Below, piece after piece: positions 57,527 through 64,000 of a stretch of DNA of 64,000 nt. Under the pieces are notes generated by a model. The model had not been told where the DNA came from. It searched no databases and worked only from the letters and a program-made list of their open reading frames with translations. A program made the translations under genes and the position numbers. Numbering within the stretch: position 1 is the stretch's first letter; every line of letters starts with the position of its first letter. Source of the DNA: a virus; IMG/VR virus record IMGVR_UViG_3300032046_005540, positions 64,001-128,000 of that record, one strand, 5' to 3'.

Positions 57527-58770
57527 TATTCTCCTCCATATACTTTATTTACAATTTCAATCAAATTTTCCGAAACATAATCAATTTCAGACATTGTTAT
57601 TTCTGTTGCAGTAGGGATATAAAATCCTGTTTCCATATATTCTTCAGCTTTTGGATATCTTTGTCCTTTAAATTTTTCATAATAAACTGGCTGAAGATGC
57701 ATTGGAACAAAAAAAGGTCTTGTTTGAATTCCTTTATCCGCTAACATCTTTCTTACTAAATTTTTCTTTCTACCATCTCTAGGAGATAAAATCACCTCAA
57801 ACATCCAACAAACTGGACATACATCTGACTCTGGAGGATAGTTTGGTATTACTATGTGCTTTTCTCCTTGAAAATTTCTAATATATGAATTCCTTGTTAT
57901 CTTCCTTCTCTCTATTATTTCATCTAATCTTACTAATTGAGCCCTTCCCAAAGCTGCCTGAAGAGCAGTTAATCTATAATTAAATCCAACAAGTCTATGA
58001 TAATAATGTCTTTCAGAACCAAAAGCATGATTTATTAAAGTTCTAACACGATTAGCAACATCAGCATCATTTGTTGTAATCATTCCTCCTTCCCCGCATG
58101 AGACTAATTTCGATGCGTGTAAAGAATATGCAGCAATATCTCCTATTCCTCCAACTATCTTACCTTTATAAGATGCGCAATGACCTTCAGCAGCATCTTC
58201 AACTACAAGGAGATTATAGTTATTTGCAATTTCTAAGATTTTTTCCATCTTACAAGGATACCCAGAAATATGAACTGGAATAATTGCTTTTGTTTTTTTA
58301 GTAACTTTATTTTCAATTTTATTCACATCAATATTTAAATGTTCATCAGCATCTACTAAAACTGGAGTAGCTCCACAATAAATTACTGTTGCAATAGTAG
58401 CTATAAAAGTATAAGCTGGAATAATAACTTCATCTCCAAGTCCTATACCAAAAGTTGTTAATGCTAAATGTAAAGCGCTAGTTCCATTAGAACAAGCTAC
58501 TGCATAATTAACGTCCATCTTATCAGCAAATTCTTTTTCAAACTTTTTCACTTCTGGCCCTATGGAAGAAATCCATCCAGACTCTACTACATCATAAATG
58601 TATTTCTTTTCCAAACTACCAATAAAAGGTTCACAAACATAAATTTTAGCTTTCCCCATTGGTCTTTTATCTTTCAAAATTTCTTTAACTTCAGGTTCAA
58701 TATCTGGAAAAACTAATCCAAGTTCTTTTTCAAATTCCATAGAAGCTTTTTCAGGCAATTTTAAAAGCAT
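57526..58770 (-). CDS. DegT/DnrJ/StrS (perosamine synthetase-like) aminotransferase
   Basis: SGWISS.G, NGTSALHLAL, EDAAE, SKLVSCGEGG, GFNYRL. Confidence 0.92.
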   Translation of the reverse strand: MLLKLPEKASMEFEKELGLVFPDIEPEVKEILKDKRPMGKAKIYVCEPFIGSLEKKYIYDVVESGWISSIGPEVKKFEKEFADKMDVNYAVACSNGTSALHLALTTFGIGLGDEVIIPAYTFIATIATVIYCGATPVLVDADEHLNIDVNKIENKVTKKTKAIIPVHISGYPCKMEKILEIANNYNLLVVEDAAEGHCASYKGKIVGGIGDIAAYSLHASKLVSCGEGGMITTNDADVANRVRTLINHAFGSERHYYHRLVGFNYRLTALQAALGRAQLVRLDEIIERRKITRNSYIRNFQGEKHIVIPNYPPESDVCPVCWMFEVILSPRDGRKKNLVRKMLADKGIQTRPFFVPMHLQPVYYEKFKGQRYPKAEEYMETGFYIPTATEITMSEIDYVSENLIEIVNKVYGGE

Positions 58771-58783
58771 TTTTTCTTTCCTT

Positions 58784-59287
58784 TTATTTAATAGCCACAA
58801 CACAAATATTAGTTTGAGAACAATGCCGACTATAAGGGGGTTTATTAATTTGTTTTATATTTTTAAATCCCGCTTCTGTCATAAACATAGAAAGATATTC
58901 AAAATCAAATGCTATGTATTTACGCATTCCTTCTTCATCCTTTCCAAAGAACCCCTGAACTAATCTTCCCATTGGAAGTATTCCATCAATAACTGGAATT
59001 TTTCCAGCAAGATATTGTTGCATAATAGGAACCATATTATCTACTTCTATAATAATTTGACTTCCAGGTTTTAAAACACGATACCAATTTTTTAAAGCAA
59101 TTGACACATTACTTCTTGAAAAAGTATGTAAACAATGAGATGCATAAATAAAATCCACAGAATTATTTTCAAAAGATTTCAAATAAATAATATCTTCAAT
59201 CTGAACACCTTCAAAAGGGACAAGGTCAATGTTTATAAACCCAGGAAGAATTGTTTTATGACAACCAAGATTTAGTTTTATTTCCAT
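58784..59287 (-). CDS. SAM methyltransferase-domain protein
   Basis: KLNLGC...GFINID, YASHCL, WYRVLKPG. Confidence 0.8.
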   Translation of the reverse strand: MEIKLNLGCHKTILPGFINIDLVPFEGVQIEDIIYLKSFENNSVDFIYASHCLHTFSRSNVSIALKNWYRVLKPGSQIIIEVDNMVPIMQQYLAGKIPVIDGILPMGRLVQGFFGKDEEGMRKYIAFDFEYLSMFMTEAGFKNIKQINKPPYSRHCSQTNICVVAIK

Positions 59288-59299
59288 TCTTTTTTTTCT

Positions 59300-59884
59300 T
59301 TAAATATTAATTTCAATCAAAAAAGCACGTTTTCCAGTTGGAATATCTATTTTCTTTGCTATTATACGTTTAATTTTATAAGGCTTATTAATAAATTCAA
59401 AATCTTTTTCTAAGAAAAAGTGTTTATGATCTGGGCTCCAAAAACTGCCCAAAACTAGAGTAGTTAAAACAACTTTATGTTTAGCTAATTTTATCATATT
59501 AAAAATAGCCTTTTTATAATCCACAATATGTTCAACAACCTCAAGGGCAACCACAACATCATACGATTTTGATAAATTAACATTAAGTATATCTTGAAGA
59601 TAAAAAGTATAATCATAATTTTTCTCTTTACAAACTTCCTTCATTGTTACTAAATCATCTTCTTTAATATCCAACATTTCAACTTTTTTCCCTCGACTTA
59701 ATAAATATAAAGAAAAATCTCAAAGTCCTGGGCCAACCTCTAAAAAAGTATCAAATGGATTTATAATTTCAAGAACTCTTTGATGTAATTCACTTAAAGG
59801 GGCTTGTCCATATTCATCCCACCCTTCTTCAAAAGGTTTTTCTAACATTGCATATAAACAATCTTTAGTAGAATATTTTATCAT
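59300..59884 (-). pseudogene. SAM methyltransferase interrupted by a single in-frame TGA (59720-59722)
   Basis: Frame from ATG 59884 reads ...FLEVGPGL*DFSLYLLSRGKKVEMLD... and continues into the 59300-59677 ORF (YDVVVALEVVEH). Confidence 0.75.
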
Positions 59885-60939
59885 TTTATAATCTTTTCTA
59901 AAATAGTAAGAATTTGTTGAGCTACTACATTAGGGGCAGCATTATTTTTTATCCATTCGTGTCCTTCTGTAGCAAAGGCTACCGCCTCTTCGTAGTTACT
60001 ATAAATCCACTTTATCTTATCCCCCATTGCTTGCCAATATCCTGGTTCTATATAATATGAATATGATCCTTCAGTAACTCTTTGAACAGGATAATCAAAT
60101 ATAATTGAAGGTTTCTTACAATATAATGCTTCTGTCGAAGGAGTACCAGCAGCAGTGTCCCACATTTGAGTAAAAATATGAAGTTTACATTTCTTCATCA
60201 ATTCTGCTTTTTTCTTATCCTGAATATATCCTAAAAACTCCACATCTGCTCCTAAATCTTTTGTAAGTTTTTCTAATTCTCCTCTTAAACCCCCATCAGA
60301 AGCAATTACTAACTTCTTACCCGCGTAATGGCAAGCTCTAATTGCAAGATCAACTCTTTTCATAGGAGCTAATCTACTAACCATAAAAATAAAATTTTCT
60401 GTTTCTTGCCCAGGAATTAAATCAAAAAGTTCTATATCCGTTGGATAAAAATTACAAAAACAATCCTTTCTTCCAATTAATTTTTTAACCTGTTCTGGAA
60501 TAACTGGATTTATTCCAGTTAAATAATTAATTTTTTTATAAGCTTCTAAAAAAGGTCTTTGAATTATACAAAGGCGTTGATATTCTTGAGGAGAAATATA
60601 TTCTAAATTTGAGCCTTCAGCAATATCAAGAATTTGTTGTAAAGCAGGAATTTTATATCTTTCTTGGTATTTAAAAGTTTCTATAGAACTTCCTTGCTGA
60701 GTTCCAAAAATTACATTAAACTTTTCGCTTTGCCAAATATTTTCAAATTCACTCCAAGTATAAAAACGAATATTATTTTTAGTAAATTCATCATCATTAG
60801 TTCTATCCGAAACAGCATTGCTATACTGCGGATTAATGAAAACAACATTATGCCCTTGTTTTGAAAAATAAATTGAATACTTGTTTAACTGTACAATATT
60901 CCCTGATGAAATTACTAATATTTTCATTTTATTTTCCAT
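59881..60939 (-). CDS. GT4 glycosyltransferase
   Basis: VSRLAPMKRVD, FLGYI, GTPSTEALY. Confidence 0.85.
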   Translation of the reverse strand: MENKMKILVISSGNIVQLNKYSIYFSKQGHNVVFINPQYSNAVSDRTNDDEFTKNNIRFYTWSEFENIWQSEKFNVIFGTQQGSSIETFKYQERYKIPALQQILDIAEGSNLEYISPQEYQRLCIIQRPFLEAYKKINYLTGINPVIPEQVKKLIGRKDCFCNFYPTDIELFDLIPGQETENFIFMVSRLAPMKRVDLAIRACHYAGKKLVIASDGGLRGELEKLTKDLGADVEFLGYIQDKKKAELMKKCKLHIFTQMWDTAAGTPSTEALYCKKPSIIFDYPVQRVTEGSYSYYIEPGYWQAMGDKIKWIYSNYEEAVAFATEGHEWIKNNAAPNVVAQQILTILEKIIK

Positions 60940-61915
60940 TCAACACCTCTTCATAAACTTTAGAATATTGTCTACCAATTGTTTCATATGAAAAATATTT
61001 TTCAATCCATTTTCTAGCTCTATTTTCAAGATCATATGAAAAATCATAATCTTTAATAATTTTTATAAGATCATTTCCAAGAGTTTCCTCAGATGAACTT
61101 AATACAGGAATATGTTCCCCAATTTTTCCATCAGAAAGTTCCATACACCTTTTTTCACTAACATAAGTAACTACAGGAATTCTCATAGCCATTGCCTCAA
61201 GACTAGACCTGCCAATATAACCAACAATCTTACTAATCTTAATTCCATGATAATAACAACTTGAAGTGCTAAGACGCTCCAAAAATTCCTTATGAGAAAT
61301 TGCTTTAGATGCATTATCCCAACATATTTCTTTTTTTCCTAAAATATGTTTTTCAAATAACTCTCTATCTTCTTGGGAAGTTCTAAATGCAAATCCAAAA
61401 TAAGTCGTAATTTTACCAGTCATTTTTATATAGCTTGGAATCAAAGATTTTGTATCTACAGCATGAGGAATAAATGTAGAATCTATTCCATCTTTAAATC
61501 TTAACATAGGATTTTGAACAACCAATTTCCATCCTTTAGATTTCATAATTGGATTTAATACTTTATGATCGTTTCTATATTCTGTTCCAGTCATTGTAAC
61601 TACAATTGGTTTGTCTAAAGGAATTTCAATTCCTGACCAATCAGAATTTGTAGGAATATTATTCCACACATTAATAATATCAGCACTTCTTATTAAATCC
61701 ATAACCAAATCATAATTTTCAAGTTTATTAGCAACTGCTCCAGGATGAGAATAACAATGGCATGGAATTATAATATCATGAGGAAAATCCCAAGGATGCT
61801 TACTAAGAGAGATATGCCTTGTATAGAACTCCTCAGAAACTGAATTTACTGCTTTTGAAACTTGACAACCAGATCCCGCATAATCACTTTGACATAAAAT
61901 TACAACATTTTTCAT
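60929..61915 (-). CDS. GT-B glycosyltransferase
   Basis: IPHAVD, GRSSLEAMAMRIPVV. Confidence 0.8.
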   Translation of the reverse strand: MKNVVILCQSDYAGSGCQVSKAVNSVSEEFYTRHISLSKHPWDFPHDIIIPCHCYSHPGAVANKLENYDLVMDLIRSADIINVWNNIPTNSDWSGIEIPLDKPIVVTMTGTEYRNDHKVLNPIMKSKGWKLVVQNPMLRFKDGIDSTFIPHAVDTKSLIPSYIKMTGKITTYFGFAFRTSQEDRELFEKHILGKKEICWDNASKAISHKEFLERLSTSSCYYHGIKISKIVGYIGRSSLEAMAMRIPVVTYVSEKRCMELSDGKIGEHIPVLSSSEETLGNDLIKIIKDYDFSYDLENRARKWIEKYFSYETIGRQYSKVYEEVLNGK

Positions 61916-62844
61916 TTCACCAATTCCTCTAAAATACCTTTAGCTATATTAAAATTTATTTTTAATACTTTTTGAGAAACATTATAACTTGCCTCACAAA
62001 GATCAGTATAAAGATCTGGAGAACTCAAAATTAAATCTATTCTCTTTTTTATTTCAACAGAATTATTTGGATTTTTAACTTTACATATTTCACTTAACAT
62101 ATACTCATAAGAATACCAATATACAGAAGGACTAACAATTACTGGTATTTTAAGTAACCCCAATTCTAATACAAAATAGCAAAAGCTTTCTGATAAAGAT
62201 ACTTGAAGACCTAATTTCATTCCTCGAAGTATATTATAATATTTTTCATTAGATACCCAATCAGACCAAATCCAATCTTGTTTAAAAAGAGATTTACTTA
62301 ATTCAAACAATTCTGGTTTAGAACCAAAAGTATATAACCCTTCATCTTTATATTTTGAAGTTGCTACCGCTAAAGCCTGATTATAAAAATTTTTGTTTCC
62401 TCTATTTATTCCTCCACAGCATATTCCTCTTCTACTTTCAAATTGAGGTTCAGGTAATTTTTTATTAAACAATGGGGGAAGCCATTTAATTTTATCTCCC
62501 CAAATAGAACTTAAAGCATCTGCATCTGGTTTATGAAGTAAAAACAAATAATCTAAAATACCTTTGTTTACTTCTTGGATTTTTCCATTCAACAAATTCA
62601 ATTCATTTGAAAATTCACACTGAAGAATTGGCGAGCAAAAAAGGAAACTTGTTTTATAATTAAAATCTTCTTTTCTTAAAGGGCTATAACCGAAACCGAT
62701 AACTAATTTTGTATCAGGAGTTGGATTAAAGGTTTCAAATGTTTGAAGTTCAACTTCTGGAATTAAACTCAACCCCTCAAAACACGAAAAAGCTCCCCCA
62801 AAACCAAGACATTGTTTTGGTATAACTGCAATAATTTTAGGCAT
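61912..62844 (-). CDS. GT-B glycosyltransferase-like protein
   Basis: NKN..Q, QVSLSESF...E.....IPVIVS. Confidence 0.7.
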   Translation of the reverse strand: MPKIIAVIPKQCLGFGGAFSCFEGLSLIPEVELQTFETFNPTPDTKLVIGFGYSPLRKEDFNYKTSFLFCSPILQCEFSNELNLLNGKIQEVNKGILDYLFLLHKPDADALSSIWGDKIKWLPPLFNKKLPEPQFESRRGICCGGINRGNKNFYNQALAVATSKYKDEGLYTFGSKPELFELSKSLFKQDWIWSDWVSNEKYYNILRGMKLGLQVSLSESFCYFVLELGLLKIPVIVSPSVYWYSYEYMLSEICKVKNPNNSVEIKKRIDLILSSPDLYTDLCEASYNVSQKVLKINFNIAKGILEELVK

Positions 62845-63618
62845 CTATTTTCCTATATAAGGTTTTAAATATTGAACAATTCTTTCTGTATTATTTAAAA
62901 TATCGTTTTCCCAAAATCTTAATAAAATAAAATTACTTTCTTTTGCTATTTGCTTATGTTTCTCTTCTCTTTGTTTATTTTTTATTTGAACAAAATTTAA
63001 TTTTTCAAATTTTTTAGGATTCCCATGCCAATAGTCTCCATCAACTTCAATGAGAATGTTAGTATTTGAAAGATGAAAGTCAAAAAGATGATTTCCTAAT
63101 CGAAATTGATGTTCAAAAGGAATACCTAAAGAATTTAATATTTCTTTCATTTTTAATTCAGGTTTAGTATCTTTATAAGGGCCTTTATAATTTTTCATTT
63201 TAAATAAAACTGATTCTCGCATTTTTTGTTTTGCCTCTTCAGAATTAATAAAACCCAAAGTTTCTTTTCTTTTTAAACGAGCTTTACTTAACTTTTGTTT
63301 TGTTTCATCAGAACGAAGTTTACTATATTTAGCTACTCTTTCATCTGTTTCTTTTGTTAGATCTTTATTCCAAGCCTGCTTACCATACATAGGATTATTT
63401 TTACCAGATTGATTTCTTCCATACATAGGATTCTTATCACCTTTATTAGCACAACTATAACATCTAATAGATTTTCTATCAATTTCTTTCCCGCAATCAA
63501 TACAATATAAAGGATATTTTCCAGACCAAAGAGGATTTAATTCTCCTTTTTTTGCACAAGAAGAACAACGTTTTCCAAATCCTTTAATTTCTTTTTCACA
63601 ATCTATACACTTATTCAT
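62845..63618 (-). CDS. Free-standing endonuclease (Zn ribbons, NUMOD3, Vsr/DUF559-like)
   Basis: Two CIDC...C.SC modules; WNKDLTKETDERVAK; KDTKPELKM...IEVDGDYWHG...LRFWENDI. Confidence 0.8.
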   Translation of the reverse strand: MNKCIDCEKEIKGFGKRCSSCAKKGELNPLWSGKYPLYCIDCGKEIDRKSIRCYSCANKGDKNPMYGRNQSGKNNPMYGKQAWNKDLTKETDERVAKYSKLRSDETKQKLSKARLKRKETLGFINSEEAKQKMRESVLFKMKNYKGPYKDTKPELKMKEILNSLGIPFEHQFRLGNHLFDFHLSNTNILIEVDGDYWHGNPKKFEKLNFVQIKNKQREEKHKQIAKESNFILLRFWENDILNNTERIVQYLKPYIGK

Positions 63619-64000
63619 TATAATACCTTCTCAATTTCCTTTAAATATTCCCGAACTCTAATATTAATTGTATGGTCTTCTAAAACTCTCTGTTGACCAC
63701 TTCTTGCTATTTGTTCTCTTTCATCTTCATGCTCCAAGTAGTAATCAATCTTATCATATAAATCTTTTTCACCATCAAATACTACTAAATGTTTTCCATT
63801 ATCAAATAATTGATTTAAATCTATAATATTTTGAGTTAAACAAAACGATCCACAGCCTAAAATCTTATATATACGATCAGACATTTGAAGAGAACAAGGA
63901 TTTAGCACTGTAATAAAATTCAAAGCAATTTTTGAATTCCTATATATATTTGCAATTTCTTTAGTTTCCACAGCAATACTTGGAACATTAAATCCTCTTC
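63618..64000 (-). CDS. CgeB-like glycosyltransferase (partial, starts beyond window)
   Basis: Frame open to window end; SKIALN...SDRIYKILGCG...EREQIA..GQ. Confidence 0.8.
   Translation of the reverse strand, partial: RGFNVPSIAVETKEIANIYRNSKIALNFITVLNPCSLQMSDRIYKILGCGSFCLTQNIIDLNQLFDNGKHLVVFDGEKDLYDKIDYYLEHEDEREQIARSGQQRVLEDHTINIRVREYLKEIEKVL

Noticed and set aside
59720-59722. Genome-wide stop-codon reassignment or selenocysteine
   Set aside because: Conserved genes are full length in code 11 and TGA serves as stop in many ATGA overlaps; the position corresponds to Gly, not Cys.
77-60864. Short plus-strand ORFs in the track
   Set aside because: All are antisense to well-supported minus-strand genes, F/L/S-rich as expected for the reverse of K/E-rich coding DNA, and lack recognisable motifs.

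Overview
AT-rich segment of a large (probably jumbo-type) dsDNA bacteriophage. Genes are densely packed, essentially all real genes lie on the minus strand, and starts carry AGGAGG-type RBSs and ATGA overlaps. From left to right: (1) 1-10 kb, a probable head/packaging region with two very large modular proteins punctuated by repeated (A/S)S(I/K)KKTA linkers and alternating with free-standing NUMOD3/Vsr-like endonucleases; (2) 10-50 kb, a replication/recombination block with a split Rad50/SbcC, SbcD, a split DnaG primase, SSB, RecA, a UDG-PolA fusion, dUTPase, RNase HII, a sigma factor, DnaB, a DnaC-like loader, an SF2 helicase and tRNA-Leu(UAA). Interleaved with this block is an unusually complete 7-deazaguanine pathway: FolE2, QueD, QueE, QueC, a TGT/DpdA-like enzyme, a PRTase, NMP/NDP kinases, a DUF366-like protein and an adjacent ArcS-like plus RaSEA-like pair, i.e. 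the archaeal two-enzyme archaeosine route in a virus that also encodes a peptidoglycan L,D-transpeptidase; (3) 50-64 kb, a glycosylation/methylation island with MTHFR, about 8 glycosyltransferases, 5 SAM methyltransferases (one with an in-frame TGA) and a DegT aminotransferase. All calls come from motif recognition by eye; no database searches were run.
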